64,000 bases of DNA, from the NCBI GenBank assembly GCA_000004985.1, contig GG738897.1. The stretch is one strand, 5' to 3'. The notes under the pieces were generated by a model that was not told the origin of the DNA, made no database searches, and saw nothing but the letters and a program-made list of their open reading frames with translations. How positions within the stretch are numbered: position 1 is the stretch's first letter; each line of letters opens with the position of its first letter. The position numbers were made by a program, and so were the translations under genes. Below, one piece after another: positions 10,719 through 21,990 of this stretch. The stretch is from Naegleria gruberi. Lineage: Eukaryota.

Positions 10719-12563
10719 ATGCGACTTCCTTCTTCACACAACAATAATTATCAAGAAAATCTTTCACATGCCATCCAAGAAACTTTTAAAAAGTATAATG
10801 TACATTTAGAAATGTGTCTTGGCGATGGTTTCATCATGAATGGTTTTTTGGATTTTCTCAAGAATGAACTAAATGCCAGTTCTTTGGAATTTCTTGTTAA
10901 AATTGATGAATATTCGAATAGTCATAATTCGTCTACTTTCTATTCGAATGGCAGTAGTGTCAATAATGTAAATTCACCAGCAGGATTGCTTCCTTCAATT
11001 CAGACATCTACAACAACAATATCAACAATTAGTATTGGTTCTCCGTTGTCTCCATCAGTTTCGTCCACTAGTTTCACCTCACCAGGAAGAAAGGTTCAAA
11101 GAAAGGATTCTCTGAAGGATTTAACAGAACATAATTCAATTTTTTCACAACCCTTCAACAATAACAAGATAAGTAGAAAGGCCAAAGCTAAGGAAATTAT
11201 CGACAAATTTCTCAACGATCATTCAGCACATCAAGTCAACTTGTCCAGTCAAATAAGAGATGCTGTATTGAGAAATTATGAAAAGGAATGTTCTAGAGGA
11301 GGTGGTGAAAATGATATTAATCCACATTTATTTGATGAAGCCAGAACAGAAGTTAGTTTACAATTGAAATGCGACAGTTTCGTCAGATTTTTGAAGAGTC
11401 ATTCTTTTTTCAATTTGATTGTGAGTAAGGTAGAGAAGGAAGTTACCTCAAAGAATTTGGATGCCATTTACAAGTTTTTGAATATCTACTTTTCCAAGAT
11501 TGGAGAGACAAAGAAAAATCAAGTTTCTCAATTTATTACAAATAAGTCGAATAGAGCTCTTTCTCCTGCTTCACCTGCTTCTGGTTCTGGTTCAGGTTCT
11601 GGATCTCCATTGGGATTGGTTTCACCATTGGCTGATCTTTCAAGTGATGATGGTTCCATTGACTCGGTTGAATCAATTACTCATGTCAATCATGTTCAAA
11701 CAATGCTTTCCCTTCATACCCTTTCTCCAAATGGAATAGAAACAAAAATATTGGATAATGTTATGGATATTAGAGAAAAATTCACCAAATCTATTGCTGA
11801 ATTGGTAGATGATATTGTTACTGAGCAACAATTTGATTTACTTATCGAATTGGTCAATAACGAAAGTTTGTGGTTGAAAGTTCACGAAGATTCTGAATCC
11901 TCATGCTTTGTTTCAGAAAACAAATTCTATCACAACAGTAGAGGATTGAAAATTTATAAGGAAGTGGGAATTATTGAATCATCTCCTGAGGAAGTACTCT
12001 TTGCATTGACAGATATGAGAATCTTGAATATCATTGACGATACCATGTCCAATGTGAAATTTGAAAGATTTGTCAAAGGACCTACCTATGCAGTCAGCTA
12101 TTTGAGCAGTAAAATGAAAATGGCTTGGCCAATGAGTGATAGACAATTCCTGATTGGAACTTCCATTAGAGACGAAACATTTGATTCCTACAATGGATAT
12201 ACCATCTTGAGAAGAAGTCACGATTGCAAAGAGGTTCCACTCAGTAAGGGATGCATCAAGGGTATCTTTCTAGGAGGCGTTGTTATTGAGAAATTGAGTG
12301 AAAAACACACAAGATTCACAGCTTCAGGATTTGTTGACATGGGTGGCAAATTCCCACTTTCTCTCTTTAACAAGATTCTTTCACTAAGACAATCAAAAGG
12401 TGTTGAAAATGTCAAGAAGGGAATTTCAAAGAGAAGAAACATGCCACTTACAGAACAACAAGTCAACTCTGAAAATTCATTCTACTTGTTGGATACTCTC
12501 TTCTACTCGAGAGAACACAAAACTCAACCAAACAGTAGCAGCTCTCACACTCCTTCATTTTAA
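10719..12563 (+). CDS. RGS domain + START domain protein (paralogous in architecture to 5054..7105)
   Basis: ATG start. RGS-like segment: (AKEIIDKFLNDHS...FDEARTEVSLQLKCDSFVRFLKS). START-like segment: (KEVGIIESSPEEVLFALTDMRILNIIDD...WPMSDRQFLIGTSIRDE...GGKFPLSLFNKIL). Confidence 0.75.
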   Translation: MRLPSSHNNNYQENLSHAIQETFKKYNVHLEMCLGDGFIMNGFLDFLKNELNASSLEFLVKIDEYSNSHNSSTFYSNGSSVNNVNSPAGLLPSIQTSTTTISTISIGSPLSPSVSSTSFTSPGRKVQRKDSLKDLTEHNSIFSQPFNNNKISRKAKAKEIIDKFLNDHSAHQVNLSSQIRDAVLRNYEKECSRGGGENDINPHLFDEARTEVSLQLKCDSFVRFLKSHSFFNLIVSKVEKEVTSKNLDAIYKFLNIYFSKIGETKKNQVSQFITNKSNRALSPASPASGSGSGSGSPLGLVSPLADLSSDDGSIDSVESITHVNHVQTMLSLHTLSPNGIETKILDNVMDIREKFTKSIAELVDDIVTEQQFDLLIELVNNESLWLKVHEDSESSCFVSENKFYHNSRGLKIYKEVGIIESSPEEVLFALTDMRILNIIDDTMSNVKFERFVKGPTYAVSYLSSKMKMAWPMSDRQFLIGTSIRDETFDSYNGYTILRRSHDCKEVPLSKGCIKGIFLGGVVIEKLSEKHTRFTASGFVDMGGKFPLSLFNKILSLRQSKGVENVKKGISKRRNMPLTEQQVNSENSFYLLDTLFYSREHKTQPNSSSSHTPSF

Positions 12564-13853
12564 TTCACTAATGAATTTTACAAATAGAGAAGATGATTAT
12601 ACGAATCATCTTCATTAATATGATTTGAAAACAAATCTGAATGCTTAGTCAAGCATCTATTGAGTTTACAATTTATTTGACATTATTTACATATCGAGAA
12701 CTTTTTATTTAGAAAGTCAAGTATTATTCTAGCCAAATAAGATGACCACTATCAACTGTAGTCAAGTAAAGTGTCAATCAACACTGTGAAAACTCAACAA
12801 GGCTACTTGACACCTTTGGCCAAAAGACGAAAACAAATCCAACACGTTTCAACTGGTCACTTTTCCAATATCTTAATGCCTAATTGATGTGTTGGTTTTA
12901 AAGATGTTTGATAGAAAGCATTATTTGAGGTTGAATTTAACATTTATAATTCGTCGGATTTATTAATTCCGAGTCACCTAGTTTCGTTAATACAACCAAA
13001 TATGAACTATGGTTGCAAAGTATATTGTAAAAGTGGTTGGTAAAATATCTTGGTGGTCTGTTGGTCAGTTATTCAAATACATTGATGGTCATACGTTTTC
13101 AATGGTACCATGAAGTTTCGAATAACATTTTCAGCCTCTTCTGACCAAAAACACAACATTATCCGAAATATGTTGAAGAAAGAGAAACCACTTTACGAAT
13201 TCGAGAATTGAATAATAGTATTGGTAACAATTAAAATAGCCTGATCTTCACGAATAAACTCATTAGAAAATCACCTTCATGTCAATTTTACTTTCGTCTA
13301 CTTTCTTCTATTCAATAATTCTCAATTTACCTCTCAAAAACACCAAATATCATCAGAGATTCCTTCTCCATTCAAGTCAAAACTCAAATATTTCACAACC
13401 CAAACCTTGCCATCACATCTCTCACATTTCCCTCACCAACCTCAATACCAGTGTACACAAAACCAACGTCACTTGCCATCAACAAAAAAGCGGATCTTCA
13501 TTTGACTGTTTGAAAATGGCTTCGTTCCCGCTCAAAATAGATTGCTATCATCGCGTCGAGTCTTTTTTCGTATTTCACGTAAAATGAAAGCGTTCATCAC
13601 ATCAGATCTTTTCTTCGATGAGAAACAGTTAGCACAGCGACCTGCCCGTTCTTCAGGCGTGAATTAAAACAAAAAATCATTTTCCATACAATTTCACGTT
13701 TGTTTATCGATAATCGCATCTATTAGCTCGACGCTTATACGATATACACCCAGCGACCCACTAAACAAAAGTAATTGCACAACAACGAGCAAAACAAAAA
13801 GGAAGACTGGAAAAGAAAATCTCGAGTCTATCCATTAATAGAAGAACAACATT

Positions 13854-15692
13854 ATGAGTGTTATTGAGAATTATTCTAATATTCAATCTACTACTACCTC
13901 TGCTAACAATAAGAGCAATTTTACAAGTTTAACCACATCAACAATGATATCGAATCAAACACCACCTCAACAAGGTGTTGTCAATACTCAAACACCAACT
14001 CTACGTACCCAACAAGAAATTAAAGCAGATTTGTATCAAGCAGTCATAAAAGGTATGATCAGCAGGGTACAAGAATGTTTGGAAGAGTTGTTGTCACTCG
14101 CTCATATTACTCAAAATACTGCCAATTCAACTGGTCAACTGTCATCTCCAGTTATTGGAAATGTATTGTATTCAACCTCACCTACTTCCCCTACTCACGT
14201 TAGTACCAACGGATTGGTTACAACACCAACATCAGATTTAGTCAACTCTGTAGAAGAATCAATTACCAATAATCATCCAGTTTCCTCCCCAAATAATTCA
14301 GTATCCTCTTCATCTTCATCTTTAATGATTGGTAGCCCAAATAATCATCTTTCAACTCACCTCTCAACAAGTGGATCACAAAAATTAATAACTATGGATC
14401 AAATAATACTGAAAACAACATTCCCTGAAGAATTTGATATGAATGTTGTTCATCTGTCGGCAAAACATGCACAAGCAGATATTCTCCAACACGTTATTTC
14501 ATCTGCTTGTTGTGATGAAAAGTGTTCGAATACAAATGGTGGTCCAAACGCCAATCACTCAAATGAATGTCAAAGAAAAACAAATGCTCTCCTATCAAGT
14601 GTGGATAAGCAAAATGCCACTCCAATTTTCTATGCTGTACAATCAGGATCAAATGGAATTTGTGCATTTTTATGTAGTTTTAAAATTGTACAGGATCAGT
14701 TAAATTTGCATGCTGATCGATATGGTTTCTTACCTGTTCACTGGGCTTTGAAGAGAAAACAATTCGAAATTAGTGATACATTACAATTATTTGGTGCAAA
14801 ACTCGATACCACTGTTGGTATCGGTGTTGGTCTTGGAGAATCTGTACTTCATATTGCTGTCAGAGAAAAATCTATGGAAAGCATTGAATATTTGGCAAAG
14901 ACAAAACCTGGTATCCTTTTAAAGAAAAATTCACAAGAAGAAAATGCTCTCTTTGTATGTTTGACTGATTTCAGAGGAACCAGAATTAAGAGGATTGAAG
15001 AATCTTTCCTCACCAAGCTTCTCCCAACTGGAGGTGATTTGTTTGGAAATGATGCATTCGAAAGAGCAATTCTTCAAAAGAATGGTCATGGTAGAAATAT
15101 CTTGATGGAATCTATTGCAAAGAATGACATGTCTTCCTTCTATGCTATCTTACAATATCTCTATCATGAAAAGAATTCAACAAAACAAAGATTAATTCCA
15201 ATTCTTTTCAACGAAGTTGATTCTCAACAAAAGAATTTGATGCACTTGTGTGTTCAATCAGTATTTTTGACAGGTATGGCCTTTGATCCTGATACAGATG
15301 AAGCTTCTCTTGATTGGATGAATGCTCTCGAATGGACTCATGATTTTATTGAAACTGTCAGTCCAGTATTGAAACTCAGCAAGATGGCTCACTTATTCCT
15401 TGCCAAGGATAAATATGGTGACACTCCAAAAGAAAGTTGTAATCAATTCTATGATGCCACCAGTGATGCACAAGAACCTTTAATTATTGCAGAATCCATT
15501 TCCGAGTCTCTTTTGGAAGCAGCCACCAGTTGGGCTTCTGGAAAAAAGCGAAAATCAAAGAAGGGTGGAAGAAAAACACTTAACTTTTCTGATACTGACG
15601 AAAATCAAAATGCCAAAGCTCCAAGAGCCTCGTCGCTCCATCAAGTTATGGATTTCATTGGTATTACTGTCAAGAGAGGTTTCAAGAAATAA
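13854..15692 (+). CDS. ankyrin-repeat protein with a basic C-terminal NLS-like tail
   Basis: 612 aa. The central region has ANK-like repeats (NATPIFYAVQSGSNGICAFL, YGFLPVHWALKRKQFEISDTLQLFGAKLD, GESVLHIAVREKSMESIEYL). The C-terminus reads KKRKSKKGGRK. Confidence 0.6.
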   Translation: MSVIENYSNIQSTTTSANNKSNFTSLTTSTMISNQTPPQQGVVNTQTPTLRTQQEIKADLYQAVIKGMISRVQECLEELLSLAHITQNTANSTGQLSSPVIGNVLYSTSPTSPTHVSTNGLVTTPTSDLVNSVEESITNNHPVSSPNNSVSSSSSSLMIGSPNNHLSTHLSTSGSQKLITMDQIILKTTFPEEFDMNVVHLSAKHAQADILQHVISSACCDEKCSNTNGGPNANHSNECQRKTNALLSSVDKQNATPIFYAVQSGSNGICAFLCSFKIVQDQLNLHADRYGFLPVHWALKRKQFEISDTLQLFGAKLDTTVGIGVGLGESVLHIAVREKSMESIEYLAKTKPGILLKKNSQEENALFVCLTDFRGTRIKRIEESFLTKLLPTGGDLFGNDAFERAILQKNGHGRNILMESIAKNDMSSFYAILQYLYHEKNSTKQRLIPILFNEVDSQQKNLMHLCVQSVFLTGMAFDPDTDEASLDWMNALEWTHDFIETVSPVLKLSKMAHLFLAKDKYGDTPKESCNQFYDATSDAQEPLIIAESISESLLEAATSWASGKKRKSKKGGRKTLNFSDTDENQNAKAPRASSLHQVMDFIGITVKRGFKK

Positions 15693-15877
15693 AAACATAA
15701 TAAAATTCCAAAAACATTTAAAAATTTTGTATTTTAAATAGATCAAGTCAATTATTGTAAAGTTAGTTTGGAGACTTGACACCCAAAAGTAAGTTCAAAT
15801 AAACTTCAAGTTCAAATATTTTCACAAAATGTAACACGTGAACTTGCTGATTTGTTCGAAATTGTTTATTGAAGATC

Positions 15878-16945
15878 TCATAAAAATTCCTCAACAAAAG
15901 ATTGATCAAGTTTGGGAGACACTTTTGGAGATGTAATCATAGGCTCATCACTCAGTACTGTAAATGAATTGGTTGGGGAAATACCATCGCTCAATATCAT
16001 TGATTCATTGTTCTCATCACCAACTCTTCTTCTCTTGTCTCCATTACTTATTGATGAATGTTTGGATTTGAGAGGTTGTACGAAAAAGAGGCCCTCATTG
16101 GAGGTCAGTTTGAGTGGCTTTCCTCTGTGGAGCTGATTCTTTTCCTGATTATTCTTGGGTGAAATATTCTTGGAGAGTGCTGGACTAGTGAGTTTAGTGG
16201 ACTCGTTCAATAGTAAAATTCTATCAAGGGGAGTCTCGTAGGTAGTAGTGGCATTATTATGTACATTGGTTGAAAAAGTTGTTGAATTATTGGAATAGTC
16301 TACAGATGAGGTAGTCAAACAGTTAGTCATATAGCAGGTATTGGAAGTAATTGGTTTATCCACAATATTGAAATCAAAATCCAATTCTATCGAATTGTTT
16401 CTATCGAGTTTGGAAATATTTTGTTCAATCAATTGATTACTCGTAGTAGTAATATTTAAACCAACAAATTGTGAATGGTTGTGATCAATTGTTGAAGTGT
16501 TGTTATTACTTCCTTTAAAGAAGTGAAAGATATCAAGTTTGTTTTGCTTTTTCAACTTTCTCTTCTTTTCCTTCTTCTTTTCGTTAGCATTCTTATCGTT
16601 AGTGGAGGAAACAATTTGGGAAGGAATTATAATTGGATGATTAGTCATGGAAAATCTTCTCTTATTATTGGAATTTAACATGGTAAAGGAGGAAATTACA
16701 CTCGATGAGGATGGTAAATTATCTTCAATGGTTTCTTCTTCCTTCTTTTGTTCTATCATTTCATAAAGTTGATGACAGTTACAGGTTTCGTATTTCTCTT
16801 CAGTAGAATGATGATGATGGTGATGATGATGATCTTTCGAGAGTCGAAATAATCTTTTGAAAGGATTAGACGAAACTACTCCAATGTTATTAGTGTTGTT
16901 TGTTGTTGTGTTATTATTATTTGAATGATGAATATTGGTGACCAT
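15878..16945 (-). CDS. low-complexity Asn/Ser-rich hypothetical protein with a His8 run
   Basis: 355-aa ORF with an ATG start. It contains HHHHHHHH and poly-Asn/Thr tracts. Confidence 0.45.
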   Translation of the reverse strand: MVTNIHHSNNNNTTTNNTNNIGVVSSNPFKRLFRLSKDHHHHHHHHSTEEKYETCNCHQLYEMIEQKKEEETIEDNLPSSSSVISSFTMLNSNNKRRFSMTNHPIIIPSQIVSSTNDKNANEKKKEKKRKLKKQNKLDIFHFFKGSNNNTSTIDHNHSQFVGLNITTTSNQLIEQNISKLDRNNSIELDFDFNIVDKPITSNTCYMTNCLTTSSVDYSNNSTTFSTNVHNNATTTYETPLDRILLLNESTKLTSPALSKNISPKNNQEKNQLHRGKPLKLTSNEGLFFVQPLKSKHSSISNGDKRRRVGDENNESMILSDGISPTNSFTVLSDEPMITSPKVSPKLDQSFVEEFL

Positions 16946-18132
16946 TTTGCTATTTGTGAATGAGTCAGACGAAACTACTGATGATGGAGATTGGAAACTC
17001 TTGGGTGATTAGGTTTCTTTCACTGCTTGTCTTATTGGATACTATTCAAGTCTTTGAAGGCTAAAATAGATTAGGCAGTGTCAGTCTGGAGAGATAGGTC
17101 GGTTGAGTACGTTTTTTTTAAATATTAATTTAACTCTTACATTTAGTTTCGAATACATCGACCACGAAATAGAACGAAGAATTGTATGAAGTCAAACAAA
17201 TGAGACTATGAAACTACAACAGGAAGTTTAAGGAAGTAGTAGCAGCAATTTGGACAATTATTTAATTGCTAATATTGTCATTCTCATCAACATGTCATTG
17301 AATAACACAGATTCCTTCCAAAAGGACATGTTGTGTATCAATTTAAAACAATAAAGGTGGGAATTGGCAAAGCTATATTCGCTTGACTCATTCATTGTCA
17401 GTGGTAAAATTGCTGAGTAAAGATCGGAATGAATAGTCTAGCTTTGGTGATAAATAGATGACTAGATCATTGCATGATGGTGAATTAATAATTGCTATTC
17501 GCCACATTAATAATTTTGTTAATTGATGAAATTACAATCGTCATCATGTTCTTATTCTTCCGTAAGAAGCAGCACCGTTGATAAAAGGCAGTGGATGGAT
17601 TTAGAACTCTGCAATAGGCAACTTGGATTACTAAATTTCTTTTTGAAAGACTACAATTAATTGTTCTTCCATCCTCTTTCTTCTTTGTTCCTCTTCATTG
17701 TTGTGCTTCCTCACATGCTTATTTTGTATTAAGGAATTTTTTTTGAGGCTTTTTGTGTTTGACGCTGTGAAGATGAAGGCTTTGATTTTTCTTAATAAAA
17801 AAAATTACGGAAAATAGGCTTTTGAAAATTTATTTTAATGATGATTTTAGAAATATTATTATTGTATTCGTAACTATAATTATACTTGTAACTGTATTAG
17901 TTGAATGAAAAGGTGATATGGAGAAGATTGGAAAGAGAGTTTGAATTATATCGGAAGGAATGAATAACCAATTTTTATTTAAATAATGATAATTATTAAT
18001 ATTAAAAAAATCAATCATCTTTATTGAATAATTAATAATGAATGAATAATAATAATACACAATAATAGCTTGAACACTAATGAACTAATACAACTAATAG
18101 AATCAATTTAGAAAGCAAAAATCATCAAAAAA

Positions 18133-19449
18133 ATGTCTTCAAATTATCCACCTCCTTTCAATCCTTCTCTGAATACACCAACCTCATCAGGGGCACAACA
18201 ACAAAATAATCAACAAGTGCCCCAAGAACAAGAAGGAGATCAAGGATTTGCTCTTCATCCATATATTAGACAATTTGCTAACGTTAATAATACCAACACA
18301 TTATCATCAGCTGATGCACCAACAGTTTTATCATCCGGATCATTGTCTACTAAACAGAGTCTTGATAGTGAAAGTTATAATCCAAATGTTGTTGGTAGTA
18401 GTGGTTCTTCTCCTCTGATCCAATCATCCTCCTCACCAATAACATCTCCACAACAAGTAATTCCACAGGGATATTCTGTAAATAACAATACATTCCTTCC
18501 ACCACAACAAGCCTATTACACAAACTCTGGCATCTTTAGAAATGTTCCTAGTCATAATGGGTTATTATCTGATGGAAATATCGAACCAGTTCTAAACAAA
18601 GGAGAAGGCCCACAATTTCAATATTTTGGAATTGGTCCTTGTTGTTGTTGGGAAGTATTAGTTTGGATCTTGTCAAAGATGACATTTGGTATTGTGGAGG
18701 CCTTCTTTGCTATTCCAATGGCCAATAGTCAAATTAGTGAAATGATTGTTGGAGGAAGAAGACTCAAATTTGATACTCATGATCCATGGCTAAAGGTTCC
18801 AATACTTTGCATTATTAATAACTTTATCAATTCATCAACATTTGGATTGTGGTACTTGTCTGGAATGATGCACATCTTTTACTATTCTGAGCTTGATAGA
18901 CGTATTTCTTGGGGAGAAGTCGTAGATCCTGATGCTGAAAATAATATAGTGTGGCATCCAATTGATGATGGAAGAGAAAAGTTCAAAATCTTGTCTGCCT
19001 TCCCAGGAGTAACCACTGAAATTGTTACTTGGGGAGCAAGATTGTTTTCTGTTACATTCTTATTGGGATTTGCTGAACCTTGGATTAAATCATATTACTA
19101 TTCAAGATTGATGCCAAAGATGGAATTTGGAGGTGTTGGACAATTTTACTATGCCAACAAAAACCCAACAACCTATGGAAGAGACAAACTCAAGGTAGTG
19201 TTTAATGCAAGAGGTCATCAAATTTTCTTCCGTTGGTTGCAAGGTCACATTATTGTATTGGCCTCGTGTGGAATGTTTTTGTGCTGCTTTGGAAATTGGA
19301 TTGATGCCTTCATGAACAGATACCTTCATGTTGACGAAACAGTTACCACCACATTGAGTCCATTCATAATTTCTGAAGAGTCACTCTCTGTTGCTCAATC
19401 TCCAAGCGAGCCAAGCACATACAATTACCGAATTCCAACCAATGTTTAA
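18133..19449 (+). CDS. hypothetical membrane protein (Gln/Asn-rich N-terminus, Cys-Cys-Cys motif, hydrophobic core)
   Basis: 438-aa ORF with an ATG start. The GIGPCCCWEVLVWIL segment and several hydrophobic segments are present. A truncated paralogous copy lies at ~21440-21880. Confidence 0.55.
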   Translation: MSSNYPPPFNPSLNTPTSSGAQQQNNQQVPQEQEGDQGFALHPYIRQFANVNNTNTLSSADAPTVLSSGSLSTKQSLDSESYNPNVVGSSGSSPLIQSSSSPITSPQQVIPQGYSVNNNTFLPPQQAYYTNSGIFRNVPSHNGLLSDGNIEPVLNKGEGPQFQYFGIGPCCCWEVLVWILSKMTFGIVEAFFAIPMANSQISEMIVGGRRLKFDTHDPWLKVPILCIINNFINSSTFGLWYLSGMMHIFYYSELDRRISWGEVVDPDAENNIVWHPIDDGREKFKILSAFPGVTTEIVTWGARLFSVTFLLGFAEPWIKSYYYSRLMPKMEFGGVGQFYYANKNPTTYGRDKLKVVFNARGHQIFFRWLQGHIIVLASCGMFLCCFGNWIDAFMNRYLHVDETVTTTLSPFIISEESLSVAQSPSEPSTYNYRIPTNV

Positions 19450-19929
19450 TGTTGTTATCATAAACAAGCATTTATGTTAACAAGTTCCAATAACATAACA
19501 ACATTTGATTTATCGATTCAATTAGAAAGTAAAACCAAATAATGTCAACAATGTGTCATGATAATGAAAATTCATCTGTATTATTAAGATGGTCACAATG
19601 CCTAGGTGCAGCCAAATTACTAATCCAACAGTCACTTCATGGACGCATCATGGACAATAATGCTCCCTAATAGTATCTTGCTTTCAGAGAATCATCATAA
19701 CCTTTCGGCCCGCATAGCGTTGATATTCGGTAGTTGTCTTGGAATGTCAAAATGAAGCACCACTCCTCCAACATTGTTAACGAAACATAACTTGTCATGT
19801 GCCTAGATGGGCCAACGTACCTTTTAAAAAGTGACAAAGAAATTCATGCAACCCAATCGTATTTAATAAGGATATTATTTACCACTTCTTAAATTGTGAA
19901 GGAGTCAAGATTTTCTCTTTACACAAGAG

Positions 19930-20991
19930 ATGAAAAACGCATTTTCACACACGAACAAAAAACCTCAACTCCTTCCATTGCAGAAACTTGACCCACTACT
20001 ACTAACAACATCAATGATGAAGAAATATTTGTCACTGACACTGCTCATCTCCATAGCATTGTTACTTTTAACCATTTATCCAAGCTATCAATTATCTCTT
20101 CGCTACGGATTGCAAAGTGTCAGCAATTCTACAATTGCAACAAAAGGTTGGCAATTCCCTCAAGCCATTGATGCAGCCACAGGTGTTTATATCAGGACAC
20201 AAGAATGGAGAACTTATTTGAATACTTTCACTAATTCATTCCCAGTGCCAGATTGTGAACCTCCTTCATTTCCTTCAGTTTTCAATTTTTCATCAACTGT
20301 TTTGAATTTATGTTATGAAAGCAATGCATTGTATCCTTGGAATTTAATACACATCAAGGCAGGTAATATGCTTGTTGATACATTGAAAAAACATTATGGT
20401 ATTGAATTGACAGCCAATTTTGTGTTAATTAATACGCAAACTGGCTATTTCACTTCATTAAAGAAGGCAGTTGATGATGGAAGCTGTGACGTTGCCATTG
20501 CTTCAACAAATATTGACAGTACCAGAACAACTCAAGCTCACTTCCAATGTGCCTACGGTTCTTCATATAATGCCTATATCAGATCCGAGCTTGATCCTAA
20601 TATTCGTGTTGAAAATGAAACTGGTCTTAATCAACCTGGAATTAAAGTTGCAGTTTACAAGACAACAACATACGATGCTTGGGCAACTGCGAATTTACCA
20701 CTTGCAACCATTATTAGATTTTCAGGTGGTTATTACGAAGCATGGCCAATGATTCTCGATAAACAGGTCCATGCAGTCATTACAGATGCTGTGGATTTGC
20801 TTTCTTGGCTTTCTACAAATAAGGGAAATTGCTCAACATGCAAAGTTGGACTCTTTGGAGATGTCTTTACTTATGGAAGCTTTGTGTCGAATCAATATGA
20901 TGTTAGAATTTCTGGAACTATTTCATTGTTGGAAATGCAAAATGCATTGCTCTTTATTCTCTCATGTTTAGCAACAATATTCCTGTTGTAA
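19930..20991 (+). CDS. GPI-anchor-like secreted protein with a bacterial-type solute-binding (SBP_bac_3 / periplasmic-binding type II, iGluR-LBD-like) domain
   Basis: An N-terminal hydrophobic signal and a C-terminal hydrophobic tail (LLFILSCLATIFLL) are present. The core region (CDVAIASTNIDSTRTTQAHFQCAY...GIKVAVYKTTTYDAWATANLP..ATIIRF...VHAVITDAVDL) matches the D(i/v)aia..tit..R...dFS.pY and v.avi.D consensus of amino-acid-binding SBPs. Confidence 0.55.
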   Translation: MKNAFSHTNKKPQLLPLQKLDPLLLTTSMMKKYLSLTLLISIALLLLTIYPSYQLSLRYGLQSVSNSTIATKGWQFPQAIDAATGVYIRTQEWRTYLNTFTNSFPVPDCEPPSFPSVFNFSSTVLNLCYESNALYPWNLIHIKAGNMLVDTLKKHYGIELTANFVLINTQTGYFTSLKKAVDDGSCDVAIASTNIDSTRTTQAHFQCAYGSSYNAYIRSELDPNIRVENETGLNQPGIKVAVYKTTTYDAWATANLPLATIIRFSGGYYEAWPMILDKQVHAVITDAVDLLSWLSTNKGNCSTCKVGLFGDVFTYGSFVSNQYDVRISGTISLLEMQNALLFILSCLATIFLL

Positions 20992-21439
20992 ATACATTAA
21001 TTAACTAATACATTGATTCTTTTAAATTCCTCAACCAATTTACAATAAACCTTCCAATTCACATTGTAGTGGTTGTATTCTCCTATCTTCCACAGTAAAC
21101 TGATCGACCAAACATAGTAATGCTGTAAATGCCAACAACTTTAAAGCTCCACCCTTTTCAAGCACCAACACAAAGCTCTGCATACAAGTGGCCCACATTT
21201 ACAATTTTTCATTTTGTGAAAAAAACAACAACAACAAACCTTAATAGAAGTGAACAAGAGCAGTCATGCCATCATTATCATCTGTGGATTCATCAACACT
21301 ATTGGACAAGAAGAAGAAGAACAACAAACACGAGCTATCAACAACATTGACCTTCGATGAACAAGTTAAAAACATTCAGGTTCGCTACTTTGGAGTCTCA
21401 CTATCTCAATATTTGGTGGCGAGCTCTCTACATGTTGTT

Positions 21440-21880
21440 GAACATTTGGATTAATTGATTCGTTCACACTATGGTCGAGAGCAGATTGGGGAGATGTTGA
21501 AAATCCAGAACAATCCAGATTAGTTTGGTTTCCAAACGATGATGGAAAGGGAGAATTCAAGATTTTCACAGCTTATGCAGGTTTATTTTATGAAATTTTC
21601 ATTTACTTGGCAAGATTGGTTTCTGGATTTTGTTTAGGATTTGGAGAACCATGGATTCTTTCATATGAATATTCCCTCATCTTTCCAAATATGAAATTTG
21701 GAGGATTAGGTCAATTCCAATATATCAAACACCAATTCGAAAGGAAACGATACTTTACAATACAAATTTGAAGTTACTGGTTTACATATTATGGTTAATT
21801 GGTTGTTTGGTAATAAGATTAGAATGGGAGGTGTTGATAGTAGTGAATATTACGAAAAATCAATGGTTTAAAAGAATTTA
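21440..21880 (+). pseudogene. truncated, frameshifted copy of the C-terminal half of the 18133..19449 gene
   Basis: Translation of one frame gives WGDVENPEQSRLVWFPNDDGKGEFKIFTAYAGLFYEIF..GFGEPWILSYEYSLIFPNMKFGGLGQFQYIKHQ. The parent reads SWGEVVDPDAENNIVWHPIDDGREKFKILSAFPG...GFAEPWIKSYYYSRLMPKMEFGGVGQFYY. The frame then shifts (..KFEVTGLHIMVNWLFGNK vs KLKVVFNARGHQIFFRWLQGH). A stop lies immediately upstream, and there is no N-terminal half. Confidence 0.55.
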
Positions 21881-21990
21881 ATTTTATTACAATATATTGT
21901 TTAATATTTTCAAATTCTCCTTATTTGTAAATTTTTGAAATTTTAAAAAATATTTAATTTTATTTTTAATTGTAAGATTTTAGGTCTTTT

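Noticed and set aside
13279-13587. 102-aa ORF upstream of the ankyrin-repeat gene
   Set aside because: Low-complexity translation in what appears to be the promoter or 5' UTR region of 13854..15692. No support for coding.
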